Shown: in pieces, positions 1 through 10,397 of the stretch
How positions within the stretch are numbered: position 1 is the stretch's first letter
Layout: each line of letters begins with the position of its first letter
Source: Rhodospirillales bacterium
GTDB lineage: Bacteria > Pseudomonadota > Alphaproteobacteria > Rhodospirillales > UBA2165
DNA length: 64,000 bases
Reading direction: 5' to 3'
Assembly: GCA_030745835.1 (NCBI GenBank)
Contig: JASLNU010000113.1
Coordinates: forward strand, 1,361 to 65,360
Notes under the pieces: generated by a model
Databases searched by the model: none
What the model saw: the letters and a program-made list of their open reading frames with translations, nothing else
What the model was told of the DNA's origin: nothing
Translations under genes and position numbers: made by a program

Positions 1-2
1 AG

Positions 3-380
3 ACCGAGGACGGGGCCAATTTGCTGACCGCCTACAAGCGCGCCGCCAATATTTTGCGAATCGAAGAGAAAAACGACGATGCGTCTTATAACGGCGCGCC
101 CGATGCCAAGCTGCTCGAACAGGCCGAGGAAAAGGCGCTGTTCGAAATCCTGGAAAAACTGGCTGTCGAAATATCGCCGATTCTTGCCGATGAGCGCTAT
201 GGCGACGCCATGGCATTGCTGGCCACCTTGCGCCCACCGGTCGATGCCTATTTTGATCATGTCACCGTCAATTGCGACGATGCCGAGCTTCGTGTAAATC
301 GTCTTAGACTTTTGTCCCAAATCAGGGCGGCCATGAATTTGCTGGCGGACTTTTCTCAGATCGAAGGGGGTGAGCGTTGA
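3..380 (+). CDS. glyS: glycine--tRNA ligase beta subunit, C-terminal fragment (5' end outside window)
   Basis: Frame is open from the window edge. TEDGANLLTAYKRAANILRIEEK...LRLLSQIRAAMNLLADFSQIEG resembles the C-terminal end of bacterial GlyS. Stop TGA (378-380) overlaps the TTG start of ppdK. glyS-ppdK adjacency is common in alphaproteobacteria. Confidence 0.7.
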   Translation, partial: TEDGANLLTAYKRAANILRIEEKNDDASYNGAPDAKLLEQAEEKALFEILEKLAVEISPILADERYGDAMALLATLRPPVDAYFDHVTVNCDDAELRVNRLRLLSQIRAAMNLLADFSQIEGGER

Positions 381-3058
381 GCAAATGGGTTTATGCCTTT
401 GGCGGCGGCGCTGCCGAGGGCGGCGCCGAGATGCGCAATCTGTTGGGCGGCAAGGGGGCGAACCTGGCCGAAATGTCGGCGCTCGGCCTGCCGGTGCCGC
501 CCGGGTTCACACTGACCACCGAGGTCTGTAACCATTTCACCGGCCACCAAGACACTTACCCCGAGGAATTGAAGGGGCAGGTGGACGCGGCCTTGCAGAC
601 TATCGAGGATGAGATCGGCGCGCGCTTTGGCGATGCCGGCAATCCGCTGCTGGTCTCGGTGCGGTCCGGATCGCGCGCCTCGATGCCGGGGATGATGGAT
701 ACGGTGCTCAATCTCGGCCTCAACGACGATACCGTCCGCGGCTTGGCCAAGGCGTCCGGCGACGAACGCTTCGCCTATGACAGCTACCGCCGCTTCATCC
801 AGATGTATGGCGACGTGGTGTTGGGGGTCGGCCACCATCATTTCGAGGATATCCTGGCGCTGCACAAGGAAGACAAAGACGTCGCCCTGGATACGGACCT
901 GGAAGCCGACGACTGGAAAGCCGTCTGCGAGGAATTCAAGGCCAAGGTCGGGGACCTATTGGGCGCGCCCTTTCCGCAGGCGCCCGAAGACCAGCTTTGG
1001 GGCGCCATCGGCGCCGTCTTCGGAAGCTGGATGAACGAACGCGCCATCATCTACCGGCGGCTGCACGAGATTCCCGAAAGCTGGGGCACGGCGGTCAATG
1101 TGCAATCCATGGTGTTCGGCAACATGGGCGACCATTCGGCGACCGGCGTCTGCTTCACGCGCAATCCGTCGACCGGCGAAAACGCCTTCTACGGCGAATA
1201 TCTGATCAACGCCCAGGGCGAGGACGTGGTCGCCGGCATCCGCACGCCGCAGCCGCTGACCATCAATGAGATGGCCCACAGCCATTCCAAGCTGCCGTCG
1301 ATGGAAGAGTTCATGCCCGAAATTTTCGCCGAGCTTTGCGATGTCCGGGGCGCGCTGGAACGGCATTACAAGGACATGCAGGACATGGAGTTCACGGTCC
1401 AGGAGGGCAAGCTGTGGATGCTGCAGACCCGGACCGGCAAGCGCACCGCCAAGGCGGCGCTCAAAATCGCCATCGAAATGTCCGATGACGGCCTGATCAG
1501 CCGGAATGAGGCGATCCAGCGCATCGATCCGGCGCAATTGGACCAATTGCTGCATCCGACCCTGGACCCTGACGCTGAGCGCCATGTGCTGGCCAAGGGA
1601 TTGCCGGCATCGCCCGGCGCCGCTTGCGGGCGCATCGCGTTTTCGGCCGCCGAAGCCGAGGAAATGACCGCCGCCGGGGAAAAAGTAATCCTGGTACGTA
1701 TCGAAACCAGCCCCGAGGATATCGGCGGCATGCACGCCGCCGAAGGCATCCTGACGACGCGCGGCGGCATGACCAGCCACGCCGCCGTGGTGGCGCGCGG
1801 CATGGGCCGCCCTTGTGTCGCCGGCGCCGGCGAAATTCGCATCGATTACCGGGCGCGCACCATGCAGGCGCAAGGACAGACCGTCGAGGCCGGCGCGGTG
1901 ATCACCATCGATGGCTCCAGAGGCGAAGTGATGCTCGGCGAGGTGAAGACCATCCAGCCCGAAATGACCGGCGATTTCGGCACCCTGATGGAATGGGCCG
2001 ATGCGGTGCGCAGCCTCGGCGTCCGCACCAACGCGGAAACCCCCGAAGATGCGGCGACGGCGGTGAAATTCGGCGCCGAAGGCATCGGCCTTTGCCGCAC
2101 CGAGCATATGTTCTTCGATCCCGAACGCATCATCCATATGCGCGAAATGATCCTGGCGGCGGACGAGGACGGGCGGCGCGCGGCGCTCGATAAGCTGCTG
2201 CCCTATCAGCGCGGCGATTTCACCGAACTGTTCCGCATCATGAAGGGATTGCCGGTGACGGTGCGCCTTTTGGACCCGCCGCTGCACGAGTTCCTGCCGA
2301 CCAGCGACGATGAAATGAACGAAGTGGCGGAAGCCGCCGGCGCAGATGTCGGTGATGTGCGGGCGCGCGCCGCCGCCTTGCACGAATCCAATCCGATGCT
2401 CGGCCTGCGCGGCTGCCGGCTCGGCATCATGCATCCGGAAATTTATGAAATGCAGTGCCGCGCCATCTTCGAGGCGGTGGCCGCCGTTCTGGCCGAAGAC
2501 GGCGAGGCGGTGACGCCCGAGGTGATGATCCCGCTGGTCGGTACGGCCCAAGAGTTCGATATCCTGAAAGACATGGTCGAGCGCGTCGCCGCCGAGGTCT
2601 CGAAGGCTAAGGGCGTGGAGCTGACCTACATCACCGGCACCATGATCGAATTGCCGCGCGCCGCCTTGTGTGCCGGCGAGATCGCCGAGGGCGCCGAATT
2701 TTTCTCCTTCGGCACCAACGATCTGACGCAGACCACGTTCGGATTGTCGCGCGACGATTCGGGCTCGTTCCTGGAGGCCTACCAGGAAAAGGGCATTTTC
2801 GAAAAAGACCCGTTCGTCACCATCGACCAGTCGGGCGTCGGCGAACTGGTGCGCCTCGCCGTCGAACGCGGGCGCCGCGTCCGGCCCGATCTGAAGCTCG
2901 GCATCTGCGGCGAACATGGCGGCGATCCGGCGTCCATCCATTTCTGCCAGGATGCCGGCCTCGACTATGTTTCCTGCTCCCCCTACCGGGTTCCCATCGC
3001 CCGCCTGGCGGCGGCCCAGGCGGCGCTCGCCGGCGGCAAGGTGTGCGTCGATGCGTGA
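377..3058 (+). CDS. ppdK: pyruvate, phosphate dikinase
   Basis: 893 aa. N-terminal ATP-grasp region (LLGGKGANLAEM), phosphohistidine swivel (TTRGGMTSHAAVVARGMG), C-terminal PEP/pyruvate barrel (FFSFGTNDLTQ, CGEHGGDP). Full-length architecture. Confidence 0.95.
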   Translation: MSKWVYAFGGGAAEGGAEMRNLLGGKGANLAEMSALGLPVPPGFTLTTEVCNHFTGHQDTYPEELKGQVDAALQTIEDEIGARFGDAGNPLLVSVRSGSRASMPGMMDTVLNLGLNDDTVRGLAKASGDERFAYDSYRRFIQMYGDVVLGVGHHHFEDILALHKEDKDVALDTDLEADDWKAVCEEFKAKVGDLLGAPFPQAPEDQLWGAIGAVFGSWMNERAIIYRRLHEIPESWGTAVNVQSMVFGNMGDHSATGVCFTRNPSTGENAFYGEYLINAQGEDVVAGIRTPQPLTINEMAHSHSKLPSMEEFMPEIFAELCDVRGALERHYKDMQDMEFTVQEGKLWMLQTRTGKRTAKAALKIAIEMSDDGLISRNEAIQRIDPAQLDQLLHPTLDPDAERHVLAKGLPASPGAACGRIAFSAAEAEEMTAAGEKVILVRIETSPEDIGGMHAAEGILTTRGGMTSHAAVVARGMGRPCVAGAGEIRIDYRARTMQAQGQTVEAGAVITIDGSRGEVMLGEVKTIQPEMTGDFGTLMEWADAVRSLGVRTNAETPEDAATAVKFGAEGIGLCRTEHMFFDPERIIHMREMILAADEDGRRAALDKLLPYQRGDFTELFRIMKGLPVTVRLLDPPLHEFLPTSDDEMNEVAEAAGADVGDVRARAAALHESNPMLGLRGCRLGIMHPEIYEMQCRAIFEAVAAVLAEDGEAVTPEVMIPLVGTAQEFDILKDMVERVAAEVSKAKGVELTYITGTMIELPRAALCAGEIAEGAEFFSFGTNDLTQTTFGLSRDDSGSFLEAYQEKGIFEKDPFVTIDQSGVGELVRLAVERGRRVRPDLKLGICGEHGGDPASIHFCQDAGLDYVSCSPYRVPIARLAAAQAALAGGKVCVDA

Positions 3059-3064
3059 CCGGCG

Positions 3065-3826
3065 CTAGACTCCGCCGGTGATGGTATAGACGATGCCGGA
3101 CGTATATGACGCCCGCTCGGAGGCAAGGAAGACGACGAAATCGGCGACCTCGCGCGGCTCGGTGGGCCGCCCGAAGGGCATGGTTGGCAGCAGTTCGGTC
3201 CAGCGCTCCTTGTCACCCAGTTCCTTCTCGGCGCGCGCCAGGTAGCGTTCCGCCTGGCGGTCGGTCTTGGTGATCGAGGGATGCAGGCCGCAGACGCGCA
3301 CCCCCTTGGCCGTGCTGTCCTTGCCGAGGGCCTGGGTCATCGCGTCGAGGGCCGCGTTGGCGCCGCCGCCGGCGATGTAGCGCCCGGTCGGGTTCTGGGC
3401 GGCGCTGCCGATGACGTTGACGATGACGCCCGAGCCGCGCGCTTCCATATGCGGATAGATGGCGCGCATCATATTGATGTAGCCGAACAGCTTCAGCTCC
3501 CAGGCTTGGCGCCAGGCAGCTTCGTCGAGATCGAGGATATTGCCGGGCGGGATGGCGCCGGCGTTGTTGATCAGGATATCGATGCCGGCGCAGGCTTCGG
3601 CCAGGGCGCCGACCTCGCTGGAATTGGAAAGATCGGAGACATGGATTTCGACATTGACGTTATGGCGATCACGGATGGCGCCGGCGGTGGCCTGCAAATC
3701 CACCTCGGTGCGCGCCGCCAGATGCAGGTGGCAGCCTTCCTCGGCCAGGACCTCGGCCACCGCCTTGCCGATGCCGCGGCTGCCGCCGGTGACCAGCGCC
3801 GTCTTGCCTCCGAGGTTCATGTCCAT
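3065..3826 (-). CDS. SDR family oxidoreductase
   Basis: KTALVTGGSRGIGKAV Rossmann motif and NNAG. Start set at ATG 3826 (MDMNLGG), which follows a GGGAGGAGG Shine-Dalgarno on the minus strand, rather than the longest ORF (3940). Confidence 0.85.
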   Translation of the reverse strand: MDMNLGGKTALVTGGSRGIGKAVAEVLAEEGCHLHLAARTEVDLQATAGAIRDRHNVNVEIHVSDLSNSSEVGALAEACAGIDILINNAGAIPPGNILDLDEAAWRQAWELKLFGYINMMRAIYPHMEARGSGVIVNVIGSAAQNPTGRYIAGGGANAALDAMTQALGKDSTAKGVRVCGLHPSITKTDRQAERYLARAEKELGDKERWTELLPTMPFGRPTEPREVADFVVFLASERASYTSGIVYTITGGV

Positions 3827-3932
3827 GGCCGTGCCTCCTCCCTCTATGACCGGGCGATTATCCGGAGCGCATCGGAGGTTTGCAACCGCCGTGGCGCCGG
3901 CGCTAAGGTCGGGCTCATCAGAGGAATAAATT

Positions 3933-4943
3933 ATGGCCATTGATCTGCATACCCACTACATCCCCGAAACCGTCGCCGAAATGCTGCGCCGCCGGGGCAA
4001 GGCGCCGATGATCGTTCCCGGCGACGGCTCGGAAAACTTCCACATCGCCAGCGGCGTGCTGCCGTTCTGGCCCGAATATATGGATATGGCGGGGCGCCTC
4101 ACCTATATGGACGGCCTCGGTGTGACGGCGCAGCTGCTGTCGCTGGCTGGCCTCTTTGGCACCGATTCGCTGCCCGCCGCCGAGGCCCTGCCCATCGCCC
4201 AAGCCTTCAACGATGATGTGAGCCGGCTCGCGGCGGCCAATCCGGACCGCTTCCAAGGCCTCGCCTCGCTGCCCTTCGATGATCTCGACGCGGCGGTGGC
4301 CGAATACCGGCGGGCGCGCACCGAGCTTGGCCTGATCGGCGCCATCCTGCCCAACAATTTCTTTTTGAGCCTGGATTCGGCGGAAAAGCTGACGCCGCTG
4401 TTCGATGCCGCCAACCAGCTCGGCGGTCATATCTTCATCCATCCGGGGCCGCGGCCCGACCAGCGCCCCGACCTGGAAGACGGCTTTACGGCGCCCCGGC
4501 GCGACAACGCCATGGCGCGCGCCGCCCTTGATGTGCAATCGGCGGTCGGCCACGCCATGGTGACGCTGCTGTTCACCGATTTCCTCGACGCTCACCCGAA
4601 TATATCGGTGCACGTGGCCAATCTCGGCGGCACCCTGCCCGATGTCATCGAGCGCATCGACCATATGTCGGTGACCCGCACCCCGGACGCGCCGCTGCCG
4701 TCATCGCGCCTGCGCCGCCTGCATGTGGATTGCTCGTCGTTGGGTCGGCGCGCCATCGAGATCGCGGCCTCGCTGTTCGGGCCTGAACATATCGTCTTTG
4801 GCACCGACTGTCCGATCTTCCGCACCGACTGGTCGCTGAACGCCATCGACGCCGCCTCCCTTTCCGAGACCGAGAAAGAGGCCATCCGTTGGCGCAACGC
4901 CGCCGAGCTTCTGGCGCCGCTGTGGCCGGAACTGGCCGGCTGA
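3933..4943 (+). CDS. amidohydrolase-2 family protein (ACMSD-like metal-dependent hydrolase/decarboxylase)
   Basis: N-terminal IDLHTHYIP (HxH metal motif) and C-terminal VFGTDCP, typical of the amidohydrolase_2 fold. 336 aa. Confidence 0.7.
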   Translation: MAIDLHTHYIPETVAEMLRRRGKAPMIVPGDGSENFHIASGVLPFWPEYMDMAGRLTYMDGLGVTAQLLSLAGLFGTDSLPAAEALPIAQAFNDDVSRLAAANPDRFQGLASLPFDDLDAAVAEYRRARTELGLIGAILPNNFFLSLDSAEKLTPLFDAANQLGGHIFIHPGPRPDQRPDLEDGFTAPRRDNAMARAALDVQSAVGHAMVTLLFTDFLDAHPNISVHVANLGGTLPDVIERIDHMSVTRTPDAPLPSSRLRRLHVDCSSLGRRAIEIAASLFGPEHIVFGTDCPIFRTDWSLNAIDAASLSETEKEAIRWRNAAELLAPLWPELAG

Positions 4944-4953
4944 AAACGGGCCG

Positions 4954-5604
4954 CTAGCGCATGGCGAAAATAACGAATTCCCGGGGGGCGAGGCGGTCAA
5001 CCAGCCGCGCGTTCGGGGCAAGGTGGCGCTGGCAGAAATCCAAATAGTACTCGGGATCGCCGTAATAAAGGGTGTTTTGGCGTTCCGGGTTGTGGACGCT
5101 CAACATGTTGAAACCGAGGCCGGTCCGCGTCTGTGACCAAAGGTGGCAAAGGCTGTCCTCGACCAACTCGCGCCAATCGGCATCGCCGGCATCCATCTTC
5201 ATATTGTAGGTGCCGGAAACGAAAGAATAGTCGGCAACGTGGGTGGCGGCATGGCTGACGATAAATTCGGCGCGCGGATCATTGATGCGGGCGCGCGCCG
5301 CGGCGATCATTTCAGGCGCGATGTCATAGCCGTAATAGCGCCCGTTCTTGAGCGCGGGAAGGGCGGCGAAAGTATCGAACATGGGGCCGTAGCCGCATCC
5401 CAGATCGTTGACCGAGATCGGTTGATCCTCGCCCAAATGGGCGATCAGTCCGGCGAAGATTTGAAAACGGCGCAGCATGCGTTCCGGGTCGGTCCAGGCC
5501 AGCGCCCTGTGCTTGGTTCCGAACGCCTTGAGCGCGCGCCCGAATGTTTGGGCTACCGGCCCCAGCAAAGTGTCATCGTAGGCTGGTTGCTGCTCCGGGC
5601 TCAT
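4954..5604 (-). CDS. class I SAM-dependent methyltransferase
   Basis: Motif I VNDLGCGYGPM. Start placed at the ATG that overlaps the ygfZ stop (ATGA coupling) rather than ORF start 5622. Confidence 0.65.
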   Translation of the reverse strand: MSPEQQPAYDDTLLGPVAQTFGRALKAFGTKHRALAWTDPERMLRRFQIFAGLIAHLGEDQPISVNDLGCGYGPMFDTFAALPALKNGRYYGYDIAPEMIAAARARINDPRAEFIVSHAATHVADYSFVSGTYNMKMDAGDADWRELVEDSLCHLWSQTRTGLGFNMLSVHNPERQNTLYYGDPEYYLDFCQRHLAPNARLVDRLAPREFVIFAMR

Positions 5605-6500
5605 GGTTCCCGGATCATCCATTTGGGCTCAACCGGGATGACGACGGCATCGCCGGAACGAAGCGGCGTGCCGCTGGCGCGCGCCTCTGCGATGGCCTCC
5701 AGGCGCAACAGCGCGATGGCGCGGCCGCCGGTTCCCGATTTAACGGTACCGGCTTCGCGTTTGCCGAAGTTGATGGTGGCGCCGGGCTCGGGCAACGGCC
5801 CCTCTATATCAACCGGGAACAGGCGCCGCTTGACCAGGCCCCGGTACCTGGTGCGCGCCGTCAGCTCCTGACCCATGTAGCAGCCCTTGTCGAAATCGAC
5901 GCCGTTAAGTTCCTCGAAGCCGCATTCCAGCAGCGTCGATTTATCGACATCGATATCGCGGCTGCCGTCGGGCAATCCGTGGCTCAGGCGCAGCGCATCG
6001 TAGGTTTCCGCCCCGGTTGCGGTCAGCCCCAGGCTTTCCAATTTTTCGGCGGCGCCGTGGCCCGAAAGAACTGCGCGCACGCCCATATCGGTCAGGCGCG
6101 GATCAACATAGGCGCATCCATTATGAAACGGGCCGGCCGAACCCGGGCCCGGGCTGAGCCCGAAGGCGGCGTGGACGTCCGGCCCGAAGGCGGCGGCAAC
6201 CTTGAAATCGGCTTGGGTAAGCTGGACCTTGGCGCGCAGCTTGAACATGGTCAGGCGCTGCAAAAGGTCGTCGGCGCGGCCGGCCTCGCAATCGAGGATC
6301 AACTCGCCGTTCAGTTCGGTGACGAAAAAATCGTGCAGGAACTTCCCTTGAGGTGTCAGCAGCGCCGAATAAACGGCCCGGTCCGGTCCGACCCGGTGAA
6401 TGTCGTTGGAGACCAGGCCTTGCAGGAATTCGCGGGCATCTTCGCCGCTGACAGCGATCAACGCCCGGTTTTCAAGTAGCGTGAATTGGCATTCGTCCAT
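5601..6500 (-). CDS. ygfZ: folate-binding Fe-S cluster repair/tRNA-modifying protein YgfZ (CAF17 family)
   Basis: ALIAVSGEDAREFLQGLVSNDI at the N-terminus and the family signature KGCYMGQELTARTRYRG near the C-terminus. Start at MDECQF (6500). Confidence 0.75.
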   Translation of the reverse strand: MDECQFTLLENRALIAVSGEDAREFLQGLVSNDIHRVGPDRAVYSALLTPQGKFLHDFFVTELNGELILDCEAGRADDLLQRLTMFKLRAKVQLTQADFKVAAAFGPDVHAAFGLSPGPGSAGPFHNGCAYVDPRLTDMGVRAVLSGHGAAEKLESLGLTATGAETYDALRLSHGLPDGSRDIDVDKSTLLECGFEELNGVDFDKGCYMGQELTARTRYRGLVKRRLFPVDIEGPLPEPGATINFGKREAGTVKSGTGGRAIALLRLEAIAEARASGTPLRSGDAVVIPVEPKWMIREP

Positions 6501-6588
6501 ACCGGATAATATAGCCGGGCGTCCGCTTGGTGCAATTCCCCGCACTCAGGTTGTTTGCTTTCGCGGTGGCGACGTGTAAACAGCCGTC

Positions 6589-7635
6589 ATGCAGATCACG
6601 ATGATCGACTTCTCCATAGCGTTCGATGGTTCATCGCCCGATGAACGCGCGCTCGGCGGCGCGGAAAAGGCTTTTGCCCGCCTGGCCGCCGCCTTGGCCG
6701 GGCGCGGCCACACGGTTGCCGCCATCAACCGGTGTGCCGATCAAATCCGGCTCGACGACGTCGACTGGCTGCCCTGGGACAGCCCGCGCCCGCCGGAAAC
6801 CGACGTGCTGATTGCTTTTCGCAGGCCAATGCTGTTGCACGAGGTGGATGAGGCGGCGCACCGGACCTTGTGGCTCTGGGATGGACCGAAACTACTTGAT
6901 AGGCCGGAGCACAAGCGTGTCATCGAACGGCAACGTCCGACCTTGGTGTTTACCGGAAACGCGCATCGCGATGCCCTGAATTCTTGGCGGGATTTGCGGC
7001 AAGCGGTCATCGTTCCGGGTGTCGATCGCGCCTATACCGATGCGGCGGAGGATGAAATCGGGATTCCGAATCCTGTCGCGGTGCTGACCACCCATCCTCT
7101 GCATGGCCTGACAGAGATCGTCCGGCTTTGGTCGCAGCGCATACATCCCGGGCGCCCCGAGGCACGTTTACATATCTATTCCGCCGGTTTGTGGCACGGC
7201 ATGGAAGGCGGCGAGGTGGACGCGAAGTTGCAGCCGGCCATGGACGCGGTGCGCGCGGCGGTAGATGATGGCGTCGAGGTGCGCCCGCCGCTGGCAGACC
7301 CCGGAATGGCTGCCGTGTACCGGCGCGCCAGCGCTCATCTATATCCCGTAATCAGGGGTGAAATGTACGGCTCCACCTTGGCCGAAAGCCAAGCCGCGGG
7401 AACGCCGGCGGTGGTTCACACCTCCGCCGGGGCCAGCCGGGCGTTGTCGGAGCGTGTCAGGAATGGCCAGACCGGATACATGGCGCCCGACGACGATGCC
7501 TTCGTCAATTTGACGCTGGGGTTGCTGGAGCCGGATTCGGCCATGTATCAAAGCCTCGGCCGCGAAGCGCGCGCCACGCAAGGGGCGCGCGGCTGGGATC
7601 AGGCGGCCATCGAATTTGAAGCGCTTTGGAAGTAG
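6589..7635 (+). CDS. glycosyltransferase (GT1/GT4-like)
   Basis: C-terminal GT-B motif YPVIRGEMYGSTLAESQAAGTPAVV (E-x7-E like). First gene of the coupled GT operon. Confidence 0.65.
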   Translation: MQITMIDFSIAFDGSSPDERALGGAEKAFARLAAALAGRGHTVAAINRCADQIRLDDVDWLPWDSPRPPETDVLIAFRRPMLLHEVDEAAHRTLWLWDGPKLLDRPEHKRVIERQRPTLVFTGNAHRDALNSWRDLRQAVIVPGVDRAYTDAAEDEIGIPNPVAVLTTHPLHGLTEIVRLWSQRIHPGRPEARLHIYSAGLWHGMEGGEVDAKLQPAMDAVRAAVDDGVEVRPPLADPGMAAVYRRASAHLYPVIRGEMYGSTLAESQAAGTPAVVHTSAGASRALSERVRNGQTGYMAPDDDAFVNLTLGLLEPDSAMYQSLGREARATQGARGWDQAAIEFEALWK

Positions 7636-7645
7636 TATTGGCGCC

Positions 7646-8605
7646 ATGAAGCTTTTATTTGTCACATCGACGCGGGTCGGCGACGCTATTTTATCGACCG
7701 GGCTATTGCATCACGTAATCGAAAGCAACCAGGATGCTAAAATCACGGTGGCATGCGGGCCGGCGGCGGCGCCGTTGTTCGAAGCGGTTCCGGGTCTGGA
7801 GCGGATTATTGTTCTCGACAAAATGCTGATGTCGCTGCATTGGCTGCGCCTGTGGCTCTTATGCGCCGGGCGGTTCTGGGATCTGGTCATCGATCTTCGC
7901 AACGCGCCGGTGACCTATCTGCTTGCCCGGCGGCAGAGGCGCGGCATGCCGCGCGACGGTTCCGACCAGCGGCGCGTCGAGCGCATGACCCGCGTATTGG
8001 GATTGGACCATACGCCGGCGCCCAATTTGTGGACGGCCGATACGCACAGGGAATTCGCCTTGGCCGCGATCCCGGGTGGCGGTCCGGTGCTGGCCGTCGG
8101 TCCGACCGCCAATTGGCGGGCAAAAACCTGGCGGCCGGAAAACTTTGCCGCGTTGATCGAACGCCTGACCGAACCGGGCGGCATATTGCCAGATGCCCGC
8201 GTCGCCGTATTCGGGCGCGACGACGAACGCCCGATGGCGCTGCGCCTGATAAGCGCCATACCAGAGGCGCGGCGCATCGATCTGGTCGGCAAGCTGGACC
8301 TTTTAACCGCCTATGCCTGTCTCGAGCGGTGCCGGTTTTATGTCGGCAACGATTCCGGCCTGATGCATCTTGCCGCGGCATCCGGCGTACCAACCCTGGG
8401 CTTGTTCGGCCCGACACAGGAATCGCTGTATGCGCCGTGGGGAACGCACACCGGCATCGTCCGCACAAAAACACCCTATGCCGAGATATTTCCAGACGAA
8501 TTCGACCACCGGACATCTGATTCGCTGATGGACAGTCTGACCGTCGATATGGTGGAAGAGGGCGCCCGCGATTTGTGGCAACGTTGCCAGGAAGCCGCCG
8601 AATGA
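7646..8605 (+). CDS. glycosyltransferase family 9 (heptosyltransferase-like)
   Basis: MKLLFVTSTRVGDAIL N-terminus, KTWRPENFAALIERL, NDSGLMHLAAASGVPTLGLFGPT. Typical GT9 motifs. Start at the second ATG (7646). Confidence 0.75.
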   Translation: MKLLFVTSTRVGDAILSTGLLHHVIESNQDAKITVACGPAAAPLFEAVPGLERIIVLDKMLMSLHWLRLWLLCAGRFWDLVIDLRNAPVTYLLARRQRRGMPRDGSDQRRVERMTRVLGLDHTPAPNLWTADTHREFALAAIPGGGPVLAVGPTANWRAKTWRPENFAALIERLTEPGGILPDARVAVFGRDDERPMALRLISAIPEARRIDLVGKLDLLTAYACLERCRFYVGNDSGLMHLAAASGVPTLGLFGPTQESLYAPWGTHTGIVRTKTPYAEIFPDEFDHRTSDSLMDSLTVDMVEEGARDLWQRCQEAAE

Positions 8606-9357
8606 GTATCCGCCTGTCAGCCGTGACCAGCGTCCACAACGAAGAAAAGCGCCTGGCCGCTTGTCTCGAACGGGTGGCATTCGCCGATCAGATCGTCGTC
8701 GTCCTGGACCGTTGCACGGACGGATCGAGGGCCGTCGCCGAGCGCTTCGGCGCCAAGATCACCGAGGGCGCCTGGGAGGTGGAGGGCGATCGCCGCAACG
8801 CCGCCATCGAGGCCTGTGACGGCGATTGGATTCTCGAGGTCGATGCCGACGAGCATGTAACCGAGGCGTTGGCCGAGGAAATCCGAAGCGTAATTGAAAC
8901 TTCCAGCCATGCCTGGCACGAAATACCGGTGGACAATTTCATCGGCGCCCGCCGCGTCCGGCACGGCTGGGGCGCATCCTACGGCAAGGCGGCTTATCCC
9001 GGGCTGTTCCGCAAAGGCGCCAAGCGATGGGGCCGCCAAAGGGTTCATCCCCGGCTGGAATGGAGCGGAGCCAAGGGCCCGATGCTGCGGGGCCGGGTGA
9101 ACCATTATGTCGACCGGAATGTTTCCGACATGATCCGGCGGCTCGACGCCTACACTTCGGCGCGGGCCAAGGATATGCGCGAATCCGGCGAAATCGGAAG
9201 TGCCGTTAATAATGTGCGGCGGCTGTTTTCGCGCTTCATCAAATGCTATATCGGGCGCAAGGGTTATAAAGAGGGCGGATACGGCTTGTTGATCGCGCTC
9301 TTTGCCGGGCTTTACCCGATCGTCTCCCACATCAAGGCTAAGCTTGAAGACGACTAA
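8602..9357 (+). CDS. glycosyltransferase family 2
   Basis: SAVTSVHNEEKRL...VVVLDRCTDGS...LEVDADEHV (DxD). ATG overlaps the upstream stop (ATGA). Confidence 0.8.
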   Translation: MSIRLSAVTSVHNEEKRLAACLERVAFADQIVVVLDRCTDGSRAVAERFGAKITEGAWEVEGDRRNAAIEACDGDWILEVDADEHVTEALAEEIRSVIETSSHAWHEIPVDNFIGARRVRHGWGASYGKAAYPGLFRKGAKRWGRQRVHPRLEWSGAKGPMLRGRVNHYVDRNVSDMIRRLDAYTSARAKDMRESGEIGSAVNNVRRLFSRFIKCYIGRKGYKEGGYGLLIALFAGLYPIVSHIKAKLEDD

Positions 9358-10397
9358 TGTGTGCGCGGATCGTCCTTGCCGATGACGGCATAGAATTCGA
9401 CGGCGAAAGCCCGATGCGGGGCCCCCTCGGCGGGGTCGAAAGTTCGGTGGTCAACCTGACGCGCGCCCTAGCGGAGCGCGGCCATGAGGTGCTGGTCCGC
9501 AACAAGTGCCGGCGCGCGCGCCTCATCGACGACGTCGATTGGGCGCCGATCGAGAGCGGCATGCCGGAAAGCGCCGATCTTTATATCGCCAACCGCGGCG
9601 ATAAGCTGTTGCCGCTGATGCCGGGCGCGCGGCGCACGGTTTTCTGGATACACAACCCGGCCCGATACTTGCTGAAATGGCGGTATCTCTCCAAGCTTTG
9701 GCGGGTTAGGCCGGCGATCATCTTTATCGGCGACTACCACGCGAGCACCTATCCCAAATGGGCGCCGTCCGGCGAACGGGTGGTGATACCTTACGGCATC
9801 GCGCCGGAATTTTCAGATATCACGCCCTTGGACGCGCCGCCGCCACGGCGCGCCATATTCACATCCAACCCGCTGCGTTCGCTCGATTGGCTGCTCAGGC
9901 TTTGGTCCGATCGAATCCGGCCATCGGCGCCGGATGCGGAATTGCACCTCTATTGCGGCGCCGCGACCTATGGCTCGGTGGGATCGGAAAAAGCGCGCGA
10001 GATGGAGCAAGTTCTTGATATTGCGCGTTCTTTGCGGCATGAGGGCGTGGTTCTGAACGAACCGGTGGCGAAACAGAGATTGATAGAAGAATTCAGGAAC
10101 GCCCGCGCCATGCTCTATCGGGGAGACGTCAATGAAACATTCTGCCTGGCCGTCGGCGAGGCGCAGGCCGCTGGGGTGCCGGCGGTGGTTCAGCGCATCG
10201 GATCGGTGGTCGAACGGGTTATCGATGGCGAGACCGGCGCCGTGACCGATGACGACCAGTCCTTTGCGGAAGCGGCGGTTAAGATACTGACCGACGATGC
10301 ATATTGGCGCCGTTGCCACATTGCCGCGCTGCAAAAACAAAATAGTTGGGGATGGGCGGATGCCGCTCAACGCTTCGAAAGGCTGATCCCGGAATGA
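9357..10397 (+). CDS. glycosyltransferase (GT1/GT4-like)
   Basis: GGVESSVVNLTRALAERGHEV N-terminal GT4-type motif and ETFCLAVGEAQAAGVPAVV C-terminal motif. Start overlaps the upstream stop by 1 nt. Confidence 0.7.
   Translation: MCARIVLADDGIEFDGESPMRGPLGGVESSVVNLTRALAERGHEVLVRNKCRRARLIDDVDWAPIESGMPESADLYIANRGDKLLPLMPGARRTVFWIHNPARYLLKWRYLSKLWRVRPAIIFIGDYHASTYPKWAPSGERVVIPYGIAPEFSDITPLDAPPPRRAIFTSNPLRSLDWLLRLWSDRIRPSAPDAELHLYCGAATYGSVGSEKAREMEQVLDIARSLRHEGVVLNEPVAKQRLIEEFRNARAMLYRGDVNETFCLAVGEAQAAGVPAVVQRIGSVVERVIDGETGAVTDDDQSFAEAAVKILTDDAYWRRCHIAALQKQNSWGWADAAQRFERLIPE

Noticed and set aside
956-2941. 661-aa ORF antisense to ppdK
   Set aside because: It lies wholly inside a full-length, clearly recognisable ppdK. 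The Arg/Ala/Gly-rich translation is typical of antisense frames in high-GC DNA, and I recognise no motifs.
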